The notes: generated by a model not told the origin, from the sequence alone. A stretch of 64,000 nucleotides of DNA from Nitrospirota bacterium (GCA_963749655.1 CAVVOB010000030.1:96001-160000); one strand, 5' to 3'. Positions 49,187 to 60,017 are shown, counted from the stretch's first letter. Numbers and translations are program-made.

Positions 49187-52087
49187 TTACAACAATGTCG
49201 GCAGCCAGAGGGAAATATACGTTACCATCTCTCCCCGGTCGTCCAATCCCTTGGCGACCACGAGCCGGAAGGTGATCGGCACATAATAGGAGAGCGTAGT
49301 ATCCAGCCTCAGCTCTCCGCCCACGGCGCGCTTGAAGTCCGAGCTTCGGAACGATCCGTCCCAGGCATTGCCCGCTTCGGCAAAGACGGCGCCGTGGAGA
49401 CGGCGCAGAAAGATCGGCGCAGTGTTGAAGCCCGACTCGAGGTTCCTGATGGGAAACCGGTATTCGAGGCTGGCAAGCGCCGCTTTCATGCCCCGGAAGG
49501 CATTGACGGGATAGCCCCTGAGATAGACGATCTCGTCGTCCACGGGGATAGTGGTGTTGCCGGGATTGTCGCCGCCGAGCTGGAACGCGCGCTGGGGGAT
49601 CACATCACCGTGGGACGTTCCGCCGAATACCCTGGCCTGGAGCACATGGTGCTTCCAGGGAAAGGTAATGTACTCGTGCCAGTCCGCGGTGTACTTGCTT
49701 ACGTCGAAGTCGCTGCCCAGCGACCGGTCGAGCTGCTCGTATCCGAGTTCGATGGTCCTGCCGCCCTCGGGGCTGATCGAAAAAGGGTACTCATGGGCAT
49801 TGTTGAAAAGATAGGTCACGCGGCCTGAAGCAAGGACGCCTTCCACGGGGACCGGTCCGCTGTAGCCGGGCCAGGGACGGAGGCTGGTAAGCGCGGACAC
49901 CTCTTTACGCCGATAGCCGATCGTCAGGACGTGCTGGCTCGGAATCTTGAGCAGGGGAAAGACGAGCGCGGCATCGAGCGTGCGTTCCCGCTGGACATAA
50001 TCGGCGGTCCCGGTCGGATCGGTAAACAGGGAGGCAAAGGTTTTGTCAAGGTCCGACGCCCCGACTTGTATCGTGGGATAGAAACCGTCGTAGGCATAGG
50101 CAAAGGAATACCATGTGCGCTCGGTGGTCGGGCTGTAGAGCCCGCTGAGGACATAGGTATGCCGCTGCACGGCGTCCTGGCCGAAGGTGAGGAAGCCCCA
50201 GAGATCATGGCTCGCCTCGCTGTAGCCGTACCAGGGCAGCCAGAAGCGGGGCGCAAGCGTGGGCAGAGGATTGTAGGGCCGCGTCTTCATTTCATCAACC
50301 GGCTTGTTCACATAAGCCACGGCCGGGTAGGGGTCCGTGAACGGCCCGGCCTGTTTCCACGACGAGCGGTCTGACGGCTGTTGACTGAGGTCATAGCCCC
50401 TGGCGCTGTAGGAGGAGAAGAGGATGGTTTTGCCGTCAGGCGAGACTGCGGGCGTAAAGGCACCGCCCACAACGTTCGTAACGCGGAGCAGCTCTTTAGT
50501 AGAGCGATCAAAAGCATAGAGGTTGAAAACACCGGACCGGTCCGATGCGAAATAGATGGTTGTGCCGTCGGCGCTCCACACCGCTCCGAGGTCCAGGGCC
50601 CGGTCGTGCATCAGCTCCTCTGTTTTCCGTCCCGCGCTGTCGAGGATCCAGATGTCCCTGAACCCGCCGGGCTGCCACACGCCGACGACGATCATGCCGC
50701 CGTCGGGGCTGTAGCGCGGCGTTTCGTACTGGATATCGCTGTCCTCGGTGAGCCATACAACGTCCTGCTCCCGGGCAGGGCCGCGCTGCGGTCTTCGGAG
50801 CTCGAGCGTCGCAAGACGCGTCCCGCCCAGACGGTTCACCACGAACAGAAGCCGTGTCCCGTCAGGCGAGGGAAACGGATCTCGTGCGCGCAGGCCGCGG
50901 GTCACGCGCACCTCCCGGTCCTTCTTCAGGTTGTAAAAGTATATGTCGTTGTACAGGTCCGTGTTCCTGACTATTTCGAGCTTGGTGTAATAGATGCCGC
51001 TCCCGTCGGGGCTCCAGGCAATGCTGTCGCCGGATGATGTCGACGAAGTGGTGTTCTCCACGAGTTTGCGGCTGTGCGTTCCGTCCGCGTCCATGAGGTA
51101 GATTCCCGGGAACTCGTCGGCGTTCGAAACAGCATAGGCTATCCGGCTTCCGTCGGGTGAAAAGGCGGGAGCCACGGTGTAATAGCCCTTGTTCGTCAGC
51201 GCCGTCGATTGCGTCAGGCCCTGCGCGCTTATCTCCTGTTCCTGTTTCCGATACCGCGCCCTGAGGTCAGCCTCCCACTCGAACCAGAGGCCCGCGTACG
51301 AGTTATAGAGAACCTTGTTCGCTGTGGATTCCACGAGAAAGGGCACTGCCCTGCCGCTGTAGACCGTGCTGATCTCGGCGAGTTTGTCCCTGCCGTACCG
51401 GTCGGCGATATAGCGCGAGAAGGACGCGCCGAACAGGTACGGCACCTGTCCCGAGGGCCAGGAGTCGGGAAACACCGACATCTTGTCCAGGGTGGGGAAG
51501 GGCCCTTCGAGGGCCGCCATGCGCAGGACCATGTCCGAGCCCGGCGAACGGCCGCGGCCGCCCGAAGTCTGCTCCGTCTCCTCGTAGACCGCAAGCCCCT
51601 CGATCATCCAGATCGGCTCGAAGAGATTGGGAAAATACAGCCTGCCGAAGACGTACTGGAGATAGTCAGGCAGGTCATGTACCATGTCGAGATGGAGGAT
51701 GTGGGTGTATTCGTGAGTGATCAGGAGCCGCATCCAGTCATCGTAGGCAGTCGTCCCGAACCCCGGCCCGCCCGCAGGAGCGGTGATATAGAGCGTTATA
51801 TGCCGGTAGGGAAAGGGCGTGGTCAGGCCGTTGGAATCGTCCGTGGCATCCACGAGCACGATATGGGTGGGCCCCGTCGGGTCCCATTTGATGCGCGGAA
51901 CGAGCCTGTCATGCACGTCCTCGGCGATCACTGCGGCGCGCTTCGCGAGCTCCTCTTCCCCCTGGTGATAATGAATGAGGAAGTGCGGCGTTTCGAGTGT
52001 GGTCCATGTGAAGGCCGGATCGAATTTGGCTAAAGCGGAAGAAGCGGGGAGCAGCAGAACCAGAACGAGGTAGAGGATCTTCTTCAA
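49187..52087 (-). CDS. Exported protein: peptidase-like N-terminus, PD40/TolB-like repeats, Omp85/BamA-like C-terminus
   Basis: Signal peptide, THEYTH and WMIEGLA, SPDG repeats, LRGYP...LEYRFP...F.EAGNAW. Confidence 0.8.
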   Translation of the reverse strand: MKKILYLVLVLLLPASSALAKFDPAFTWTTLETPHFLIHYHQGEEELAKRAAVIAEDVHDRLVPRIKWDPTGPTHIVLVDATDDSNGLTTPFPYRHITLYITAPAGGPGFGTTAYDDWMRLLITHEYTHILHLDMVHDLPDYLQYVFGRLYFPNLFEPIWMIEGLAVYEETEQTSGGRGRSPGSDMVLRMAALEGPFPTLDKMSVFPDSWPSGQVPYLFGASFSRYIADRYGRDKLAEISTVYSGRAVPFLVESTANKVLYNSYAGLWFEWEADLRARYRKQEQEISAQGLTQSTALTNKGYYTVAPAFSPDGSRIAYAVSNADEFPGIYLMDADGTHSRKLVENTTSSTSSGDSIAWSPDGSGIYYTKLEIVRNTDLYNDIYFYNLKKDREVRVTRGLRARDPFPSPDGTRLLFVVNRLGGTRLATLELRRPQRGPAREQDVVWLTEDSDIQYETPRYSPDGGMIVVGVWQPGGFRDIWILDSAGRKTEELMHDRALDLGAVWSADGTTIYFASDRSGVFNLYAFDRSTKELLRVTNVVGGAFTPAVSPDGKTILFSSYSARGYDLSQQPSDRSSWKQAGPFTDPYPAVAYVNKPVDEMKTRPYNPLPTLAPRFWLPWYGYSEASHDLWGFLTFGQDAVQRHTYVLSGLYSPTTERTWYSFAYAYDGFYPTIQVGASDLDKTFASLFTDPTGTADYVQRERTLDAALVFPLLKIPSQHVLTIGYRRKEVSALTSLRPWPGYSGPVPVEGVLASGRVTYLFNNAHEYPFSISPEGGRTIELGYEQLDRSLGSDFDVSKYTADWHEYITFPWKHHVLQARVFGGTSHGDVIPQRAFQLGGDNPGNTTIPVDDEIVYLRGYPVNAFRGMKAALASLEYRFPIRNLESGFNTAPIFLRRLHGAVFAEAGNAWDGSFRSSDFKRAVGGELRLDTTLSYYVPITFRLVVAKGLDDRGEMVTYISLWLPTLL

Positions 52088-52343
52088 GGGAGCCTCCCGG
52101 GGATGAAAAAATCCAAGGCTATCGGGTCACATCATATCAGACGGACCCTTGAAGTCAAGGCAATAGTTGGCCGGGGAAAAGCCCGGCTCAAAAGGCGGGA
52201 GTTTTTACCGCACGACGCGAGGGGCGCAAGGAAAAGCGAACGTGCGGCAGTAAACCGAAAGAAGGTCTTGTTTTCCTCGCGACCTTTGCGCCCTCGCTTC
52301 ATCTTCCGCTCCGGCTTGTCCGGTCAGAAAGAATTATGAGGGT

Positions 52344-52628
52344 CTACGAGAGATGGGGAGTGCGGGCCGTTATTTTCAACTGGTGATAGAGGTCTTCGAA
52401 TTCTGTCTTTCTCTGCTGCCACGACAGGAGCGATTGGTACGTCGCAAGCCATTGCGTACGGTCCCGGCTGTCGACGGAAGCGGACGAGCCGTTCCCCTTC
52501 ACAACCTCATCCGAGGCAAGGCTGTATTGTTTTTCAAAACGCTCAAGGGTGTTTTTCAGCGAGCGGATGGCGCCGCTGCAGACGCCGACTTCCCGCAAGA
52601 GAGAGATCTCGTATTCATCGGTATGCAT
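52344..52628 (-). CDS. Hypothetical protein
   Basis: 94-aa ORF, LERFEKQY..SDE pattern. Confidence 0.55.
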   Translation of the reverse strand: MHTDEYEISLLREVGVCSGAIRSLKNTLERFEKQYSLASDEVVKGNGSSASVDSRDRTQWLATYQSLLSWQQRKTEFEDLYHQLKITARTPHLS

Positions 52629-52681
52629 TCAAAAGGACCTTTCATCGGCAAGAGATTGAACTTCGGAGAACATGTTGAAAA

Positions 52682-52709
52682 AGGGCGGCAGGCTTTAACC
52701 TGCCGCCCT
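52682..52709 (-). terminator. Intrinsic terminator
   Basis: AGGGCGGCAGG/CCTGCCGCCCT stem with U-tract on the minus strand. Confidence 0.7.
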
Positions 52710-52723
52710 GAATGCAGTGTTTT

Positions 52724-52885
52724 CTAATGTCCTGCGGGAAAGAACGTATAGCTCACCCAGACAAGGATGCCGAGCGAGACGATGCCGATCCCGATGCTCC
52801 ACCCGATGAGCTTCTTCTCCACGGGAAGGAGGGGCTCCCATTCCATCTTTTTCAACTCTTCAGCAAGTTTCGGTTGTTCAGCCAT
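52724..52885 (-). CDS. Small single-TM protein downstream of the YeiH-type exporter (53 aa, absent from ORF track)
   Basis: MAEQPKLAEELKKMEWEPLLPVEKKLIGWSIGIGIVSLGILVWVSYTFFPAGH; AGGAGG RBS. Confidence 0.75.
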   Translation of the reverse strand: MAEQPKLAEELKKMEWEPLLPVEKKLIGWSIGIGIVSLGILVWVSYTFFPAGH

Positions 52886-52940
52886 GAATATATATTCCTC
52901 CTGACGTATGACTTTTAACTCCTCACTCCTGACTGCTCCA

Positions 52941-54641
52941 TCACCCGGCCAGCGGCGGCTTCACGCCATGGAAGAATATCCATGAGATGATGAGTCCGAT
53001 CCAGATGATGAACCCGAAGAGCGAGATCACGTAAACGGCGGCCAGTCTGCCGATGCCTTCTTCCCAAAGCTTCTTGAAGTTCGACACCAGACCGATCGTG
53101 AAGAACGTCATGACGAAGAAGATGCCCCGGAACACGTTGGCCTCGCCGGTCGCGGCCTTGGCCGCGTTCATCGTGGCCTTCGGCGCCTTGAGCTGTTCGT
53201 TCAGGGGCGCGAGCTGCGCCTTGTCCTTTCCGACCTTGTCTGCCAGCGCAGCCGCGGCGGTTTTGTCGTTCGCGATCTGGGTTTTCAGGGCTGCGATCGC
53301 TTTCTTGTCCTTTTTCTTCAGCGTGGAAAGTTTGCCCTCTTCGTCGGCTATCTGCTTGTTGAGAGCGGTCAGCTGGGAGTCTCCGGCGGTTATCTGTTTT
53401 GTCAGCGGACCGACCTGGCCGCTCATGGCCGTCAGGCTTTTTGACGCGGGCAGGCATACCAGCAGGATGATGAGAAAGGTCACCACGTATCCGATGACAA
53501 ACTTGGGGAACCGCTCCCAGATCTGCCCGGGCCGCACTTTCTCCCCGGGCTTGCACTCAATGACCGAACACCAGATAATTGCCAGGACGAAGGCCCACAC
53601 GCCGATGAAGACGTCGATGAACACCTTCACCACGGCCGCGGTGTTCTTGATCCATTCGGGCTGGTATATGATTCCCTCGGCGGCATTCTTGCCGAGGATC
53701 AACCCTTCGGCCACGGCTCCGGCGGCCACGGCCGCGCCGTCGGTCTTTACCGCGAGGCCCATCCAGGCGCCGGCGACCATCGGCTCTTTATACAGGAATG
53801 TTTCGGCAAAGAACGGAAGGACAATGAGCTCGACCACGGCAAAGATCACGACGAGCGAGGAAACCATGATCGGCACAACGGGCCGGGCCTTGATGGCGCC
53901 GCCTGTCGCGATGGCGGCCGACACGCCGCAGATCGAAATGCCCGAGGCCAGAGGAGCGGCCCATTCCCGGCTGAACTTGAAGTATTTGCGGGCGATGTAG
54001 TAGACGAGCGCCCAGTAGATGAGGTAGGCTTCGACAATGGCGCAGAGGCCGCGGAACATGATCGCGGAGGCCAGTCCGAGTTTCTCCGCGGCCATCATGC
54101 CGAGAGAGCCGCCGAGGATGACGATGGCGGTCTTGATGTACAGCTCCGGCCGGACCGCTTCCTTGATCGCGTTCGCGAAGGACGGCACGAAATTGCCGAA
54201 GATCAAACCCACGGCGAGCGCCACGATGAAGCCCGCTTCCTGGGTGAGTTTGAGCGACCAGGTGATCCCGAACTTTTTCAGGTCTGGAGCCGTGGTTACC
54301 GCGATGTTGGCCCAGCTCCCGATGATCCAGCAGACATAGCTTATCCAGAAAACGACGGTAAAACCGATGATGAAGTTTTTGATGTCGGCCTTGAGCGCCG
54401 CGGCGCCAATGGTCATGACGATGAGCAGAATAACGTAGGTTAAGACAAGAGATCCGAATCCCCCGATCCAGGTTGCCGAGATCGGCTTTAATGCCTTCGA
54501 GATGTCGGTCCAGACTCCGGTGGTCACTCCCCACTTCAGGACGTCCGCGCCGACAAAGGCCCCGAGGGAAACGATGAAGATGAACAATCCGATCCATACT
54601 GCCAACCAGTCTTCGCTGATGCCTTTTGCTTTTTCTTCCAT
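52941..54641 (-). CDS. Putative sulfate exporter family (YeiH) transporter
   Basis: EDWLAVWIG, ELYIKTAIV, ISICGVSAAIATGGAI, WERFPKFVIG. Confidence 0.88.
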   Translation of the reverse strand: MEEKAKGISEDWLAVWIGLFIFIVSLGAFVGADVLKWGVTTGVWTDISKALKPISATWIGGFGSLVLTYVILLIVMTIGAAALKADIKNFIIGFTVVFWISYVCWIIGSWANIAVTTAPDLKKFGITWSLKLTQEAGFIVALAVGLIFGNFVPSFANAIKEAVRPELYIKTAIVILGGSLGMMAAEKLGLASAIMFRGLCAIVEAYLIYWALVYYIARKYFKFSREWAAPLASGISICGVSAAIATGGAIKARPVVPIMVSSLVVIFAVVELIVLPFFAETFLYKEPMVAGAWMGLAVKTDGAAVAAGAVAEGLILGKNAAEGIIYQPEWIKNTAAVVKVFIDVFIGVWAFVLAIIWCSVIECKPGEKVRPGQIWERFPKFVIGYVVTFLIILLVCLPASKSLTAMSGQVGPLTKQITAGDSQLTALNKQIADEEGKLSTLKKKDKKAIAALKTQIANDKTAAAALADKVGKDKAQLAPLNEQLKAPKATMNAAKAATGEANVFRGIFFVMTFFTIGLVSNFKKLWEEGIGRLAAVYVISLFGFIIWIGLIISWIFFHGVKPPLAG

Positions 54642-55125
54642 GCTGATGAGGTCCCCCTTTCCAACATTTTTCATCACGAAATTTTGCTGCTCCATGCTGA
54701 AAACTTGTCAGGCAAGTGGCGGATCCGCCGTCGTACATCACCTCCTTAAAATATTTTTTTCATCAATTGTTGCACTGTTGCACTATGGCGAAGATTATAA
54801 CATTATTATATTTTCAAATCCAACAGATATTTTATTGCTTAACTGAACAGTGTAATAATAGCGCGCTCTAGCCGGCCGCGTAGAAAATTTGTTGAGATAT
54901 CAATAAATTGCATTTCTTGATTATTATGAATTGACTAATGGAGGGCTCTCGAAAGGAATTACCTGCAAGGAATTGAGGGACGAGCGGTGGTTATCAGGCG
55001 TGCACAGATGAATTCCGGGGAGGAGTTCTTGGCCGAAGGATGCTGATCCCTTTTCCAGAGACTGCGATCGTGCCAACCGAATCCAAGGGGGCATTTAAGG
55101 CGTAAAAAAGTTCTTCGGCTTGCAG

Positions 55126-56715
55126 TCACTTCCGGTAGTGCAGTTCGCATCGGATCGGGAGGCCCCCGGCCAGTCGTTTTGCCTCATCATTTATCCGTTC
55201 CTGTTCCTTTGGCGTGTGAGTGATCCCGCGCAGAACAAGTCCGTCGCCGTCGGGAAGGACGTCGAAAACAGGAATGAAGATGCGCGGGTTCGTTGCGATG
55301 CCTGCCCGGACCCGTGCCGCAGCCGACAGCATCCGCAGGGCCTGCTGCGCGGGCTCGGTGCAGGCCCGCTCCCGGTCCATAAGGGCGGACTTGACTTCAG
55401 ACGCCTCGTTGTCAACGGACTGGCCCGTAACGCGGAAGACCTTGTCGTATTCCGCCGGGTCGTCCCACCTTCCGCCGTAAATCGCGTGAAGAAAGCCGGC
55501 CCGCTCTTTGTCCGTCTTGTCGCACAACCAGCGTGCCGTGTCCCGGTCCACGGACTCCCGCCTGATGATCCGCTCGATGCGAACATCCTGCGGCGCTGTT
55601 ACCCGGATCCGGAAGGCATGAGGCACGCCTTTGAGCGCGAAGTTTCCGCCCCGCCCCACGATCACGACCCCGCCGTGGCAGGCGTGCTCGAGAATGTGCC
55701 ACTGCATCAGCGCAGCGAAACCGCGATAGGACCAGTCGTATTTTTCCCAGACCGTGGGGTAATGCTCATCCAGATTTTCAGCCCATTGCTCCCACTTCGC
55801 GCCGTCCTTCCTGATGTCGGCGAGGAGCGTTTCGCGGTCCACGTAGCGGAAGCCCAGGTCCCGGGCCACTGCCTGGCCGATCTCCCTCCCCCCACTGCCG
55901 AATTCCCTTGAAATCGTAAGAATCGCCTTTCGCCCCTCAGCTGCGCCTGGTTCCGGCACGTTGCCCACGATCGCCTCCTTCCCCCCCTCTTCTTTGACCG
56001 CCAGTCGCATCCAGGCCTTGCCGGAGATAATGACGCCGGCTGCGAAGAGCGCTTCGATCGAATACAAGAGGAGCGGGATCGGCGCGGCCGCGTCGGTTTT
56101 GACAAGGCTCGCGGGAAGCAGCTTGACCGTGAACGGGTCGGTGAGCATCATTTCGCCGCCCACTTTGCCGAGGATAGCTGCGCCGATGTAAATGATGATG
56201 GGGTACTTGTCCATGAGCATGGACAGCAGGTTGCTGGTAAAGACGATGAAGGGGATCGAAAGTCCGAGTCCGAATAGAAGGAGAAAGAGGTTTCCGTGGG
56301 AAGCTCCGCCCACGGCCAGCATGTTGTCGAGGGACATGGTGATGTCTGCGATGACGATGATTTTGATGGCCTGCCAGATGGTCGCGGCTTTGCGTTCCTG
56401 CCCGTCTTCAGGAGCGCCCTCCACAAAGAGCTTGACCGCGATCCAAAGGATCAGGAGACCGCCGACAAGTTTTACATAGCTGATGTTCAGGAGCTGGGCC
56501 ACGAAAAAAGTGATTATGACGCGCAGCAGCACGGCCGCGCCCGCGCCGAAGATGATGCCTTTCTTGCGCTGCTCCTGGGGCAGGGACCGCACGGCCATGG
56601 CAATGACCACGGCATTGTCGCCGGCAAGGATAAGGTCGATGATGACGATGCTGAAGAGCGCGGTCAGAAATTTCAGGTCAAAGCTGATGGTGCCGAAGAA
56701 GCCGAGGTCTATCAT
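55126..56715 (-). CDS. TerC-family membrane protein fused to cytidylate-kinase-like domain
   Basis: DLILAGDNAVVIA, ADITMSLDNMLAV; then LTISREFGSGGREIG, VIVGRGGN. Confidence 0.85.
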   Translation of the reverse strand: MIDLGFFGTISFDLKFLTALFSIVIIDLILAGDNAVVIAMAVRSLPQEQRKKGIIFGAGAAVLLRVIITFFVAQLLNISYVKLVGGLLILWIAVKLFVEGAPEDGQERKAATIWQAIKIIVIADITMSLDNMLAVGGASHGNLFLLLFGLGLSIPFIVFTSNLLSMLMDKYPIIIYIGAAILGKVGGEMMLTDPFTVKLLPASLVKTDAAAPIPLLLYSIEALFAAGVIISGKAWMRLAVKEEGGKEAIVGNVPEPGAAEGRKAILTISREFGSGGREIGQAVARDLGFRYVDRETLLADIRKDGAKWEQWAENLDEHYPTVWEKYDWSYRGFAALMQWHILEHACHGGVVIVGRGGNFALKGVPHAFRIRVTAPQDVRIERIIRRESVDRDTARWLCDKTDKERAGFLHAIYGGRWDDPAEYDKVFRVTGQSVDNEASEVKSALMDRERACTEPAQQALRMLSAAARVRAGIATNPRIFIPVFDVLPDGDGLVLRGITHTPKEQERINDEAKRLAGGLPIRCELHYRK

Positions 56716-56840
56716 GGAGCGGGGTAACCTCCAGTCAGGTAGTGTGACGGCAACCGTGGTCACGGACGAGCACGCGACTTCTTCTGTCCGGAAAACCCTC
56801 GTTTACAACAGGGCGATTATGAAATGGACACTGCTGCTTG

Positions 56841-57317
56841 TCAAGCGGATTCTCCGCCGCCTCTCCGTTGTGCGAGAAATCCGTCCAGCGTAAGGAGCGA
56901 TCCCCCGGCACGATAGAGGTACAGGCACATCGCGGCGAAGATCAGGTCTCTTATCACAGCCTTGTAGTCCGCCATGTCGGGAAGAGGCAGGAAGTCTGCA
57001 AGCAGACCGAAGCAGCCGCAATCGATCGTGATCCCCCGCGCGATGACCGAGACAATTGCCGCAGTGAATGCCACATTCAGTCCGGCCAGGAGCAAGGCGC
57101 TGGTCCTGAGGAATAGACCGACAAGAACGAGCGTACCGAGGACCGTTTCAAGCCAGGGCAGGCAGAGCGCAAGAAAGGGTTCAATGAATCCGGGCAGCAG
57201 TCTGAACCCGCGCAGGGTGAACAGGAACCGCACCGGATCAAGGATCTTGGCCGCGCCCGATGCCAGGAAAAGCCCTCCGAGGACGATCCGGACCGCGATC
57301 GTGAATGCGCCGCTCAT
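56841..57317 (-). CDS. DoxX/MauE-family membrane protein
   Basis: FLASGAAKI.DP, LPWLE, IDCGCFG, RD. Confidence 0.85.
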   Translation of the reverse strand: MSGAFTIAVRIVLGGLFLASGAAKILDPVRFLFTLRGFRLLPGFIEPFLALCLPWLETVLGTLVLVGLFLRTSALLLAGLNVAFTAAIVSVIARGITIDCGCFGLLADFLPLPDMADYKAVIRDLIFAAMCLYLYRAGGSLLTLDGFLAQRRGGGESA

Positions 57318-57484
57318 GCGGTTCCCCTCACTGCCGGAGTCGCCGCATCCATTGCCGCGGCGGTCTTTATGCCCAGTCCTTTTTTGAGCAGGATGCGGGC
57401 ATCCGGCGACAGGGCGCAGTAGACGACGGTCAGCAGCAAAGTGATGAGGGCGATGATGAGCGCTTCGCGGATCGTTTTTTTCAT
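57314..57484 (-). CDS. Small single-TM protein (MKKTIREALIIAL...)
   Basis: 56-aa ORF whose TGA overlaps the DoxX ATG. Confidence 0.55.
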   Translation of the reverse strand: MKKTIREALIIALITLLLTVVYCALSPDARILLKKGLGIKTAAAMDAATPAVRGTA

Positions 57485-57560
57485 GGATTTGAAGAGCGGC
57501 GCAATCTGATCAAAAGAAATCCCGTGCAGAGCCTGTTGCCCTGCACGGGACCGGATTCCC

Positions 57561-58067
57561 TTATTTGCCTTCGGCAGTGGGATAGCCCTTCTTGATCCAC
57601 TCCGGAAGCCCGCCGCGGAGCCAGTTGATGTTCTTGTAGCCCAGGTCCTGCAGCATCACCGACACCGCCGGCGACCGCCAGCATTTTTCGCCGTTGCAGT
57701 AGTTGATGATCACGTCGTCCTTCTTGAGCCCTGCGGCCTCGGCCAGCGCCGATTTTTCCAGCAGGTCGTCAGAGTTGAGCCGTACCGAGCCGGGGACGTG
57801 CTCTTTTTCGAATTCATCCGCAGGCCGGTTGTCCAGGATCACGATCTTTTTCTTCTGGTCGACCATCGCCTTGAGCTCGTCGGCCGTCGTATTCTTGATG
57901 CCGGCAAGGGAAGCGGGCATTTCCTTTTTGTCCCGCTTCAGGAGCTTGAACTCATCGATCTGTTTGGCCGCCTTTGCCGAATATTTTGCGTCTACGGCAA
58001 AGGCGGGGGAGGCCGCCACACATGCCGCTGTTACGGCAGCAATCAGAACAACTGCGATCTTCTTCAT
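57561..58067 (-). CDS. Exported rhodanese-domain protein
   Basis: Signal peptide, LDNRP..EF..EHVPGS, YCNGEKCWRS, LRGGLPEW. Confidence 0.88.
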   Translation of the reverse strand: MKKIAVVLIAAVTAACVAASPAFAVDAKYSAKAAKQIDEFKLLKRDKKEMPASLAGIKNTTADELKAMVDQKKKIVILDNRPADEFEKEHVPGSVRLNSDDLLEKSALAEAAGLKKDDVIINYCNGEKCWRSPAVSVMLQDLGYKNINWLRGGLPEWIKKGYPTAEGK

Positions 58068-58134
58068 CGATATCTCCTTTCAAGTTTTGGGTCTCGCGCC
58101 GGAGGAATCCGGCGGTATGGTTATAGTCGCAACA

Positions 58135-59689
58135 CTACCGGATGTCCGGCACCGGGAAGATGATCCCGCCGAACAGCAGGTACGCCAGGATGAGCGTCCA
58201 GACGACATTGAACGCCTGCGCCGCGATGAACGCTATGGCAGGGCGGCCGCCTTCCATCTTTGCCATGTCGAGGAAGCGGGTCTCGAGGCCGATGGATACG
58301 AAGGCCAGGGCGAACCACCAGGTCCGGAGCTCGGAGAGCGCCTTCTTCGTGCCGTCCACCGTGTCCAGAGACAGGACAAAGGAGAAGAAGACCGAAGCGA
58401 CGATAAAGCCGAGCACGAACTTCGGGAAGCGGTCCCAGATGACGCGGGCTGTGGGACGCTGGCCCGCGGCAGCGCCTGCCTTGAAGGTCCACCAGATCGA
58501 GAGCATGAAGGCCGCGACGCCGATCAGCGCGTTCTGGGAGAACTTGACGATGACGCCGGTCTTCATGGCGGCCTCGCTGATGAGCGCGCCGGCCGCAACG
58601 ACCGAGCCGCTCGTGTCGAGCGTGCCGCCGAGCCACGCGCCGCCCACGATCTCGGGAATGCCGAACGCCTTCACGGCCCAGGGCATGAGGACCATCATGG
58701 GCACGGCGACGATCAGGACGAGCGAGGTCACATAGGACAGCTTCTTCTTGTCCCCTTCGATCGCGCCGCAGGTGGCGATGGCCGCGGATACGCCGCAGAT
58801 CGAGACTGCGCTCGACAGCATGACCGCGAACTCGTCGTCCACTTTCAGCTTTCTCGAAAGCCAGAAGCAGCTGTACCATACCACGAAGATGACGAGGACG
58901 GCCTGGATGATGCCGAGCGCCCCCGCCTGCACAATCTCGAAGAACAGGAGACCCGCGCCCAGGACCACGAGGCCGGTCTTGATGTAGTACTCGGTCTGGA
59001 CCGCTTCTCTCAGCCAGCCGGGGAGCTCCATGGTGTTGCTGACTGCGAGGCCCGACGATCAGCGCGAAGATGACGTACTCGATGCCCCAGTCGGACGGCA
59101 GGGCGTTGCCGGCGAGGAACCGCGACAGCCAGGCAAGGGCAAAGACGATCGGGAAGCCGATAATGAATTTCCGGATGTCCTTGCCGAGGAGAACGATGCC
59201 CACAGATGAGATGATCAGGAACACGACGGCGATCTTCACGACCGCGATGATGTTGGCCTGCGTGAACACCTTATCTGCAGTGGCCTTGGTGCGGGAGGCG
59301 ATCTCCTTGCCGACCTCGCCGGGGATGCCGCCGATGCCTTCCACTTTGCCCGCGGCCTTCAGAATTTCCTGGCGATCGCCTTTCGTGAGCGCCTCTTGCA
59401 GCGCCTTGAGGCGGGCAACGGTGCCCGCTTCGCCCTTTGTCTCTGCTTCCTTGATGCGCGGCTCCACCGCGCCCTTCCATTTGTCGAGCCGGGAGGCGAC
59501 CTGACTGTCGGTCGTCCACTTGAAATTCGTCGTTACTGCCGAAAGGCTGAACAGCTTGAATTGAAATGCCGCGATGATCGCACAGATGATGAAGAAGCCG
59601 AGCCATACAGCAAGCCAGTCTTCGTTTTTCCAGAGGGAGGAAATACCCTCCTTCGGCGGAACGTCACAGACTTTTTTTTCTTCTGCCAT
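58135..59689 (-). CDS. Second YeiH-family exporter, +1 frameshift near 59052
   Basis: EDWLAVWLG in the first ORF; EYYIKTGLV, SICGVSAAIA, WDRFPKFVLG in the second. Confidence 0.85.
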
Positions 59690-60017
59690 GCGTAGCCCTC
59701 CTTGGTCTTTAATCAGCTCATGCAGTACTGCACAAACAGTAAATCGAGACTTCGGTCAACCGGCAGTTCGTAACCCTCCCCTCCCTTCTGTAAGAATTAC
59801 AGGCGAAGCCGTGAAACCTTGCGGCTCATTCGTAAGAAAGTTAAAGAGCGGTAAACGTCGTTTAAGGCAGAGAGAGTAATAAAAAGAATTATGAAAGGTA
59901 CAGCTGATAGCTGTTTCAGGATGAAACGTATTTCGACATTATTTACGAATCGAAGAAGAGATGTCAGGATGGATTTGCTTTAATTTCAGCGTATTATGTT
60001 CTGACCAGAATGCATTG

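Noticed and set aside
54889-54906. FNR/CRP box (TTGTTGAGATATCAATAA)
   Set aside because: Half-site spacing does not match TTGAT-N4-ATCAA; may be another operator but is unsupported
59045-59056. YeiH paralog as a true pseudogene
   Set aside because: Both halves are otherwise intact; a one-base homopolymer insertion explains it
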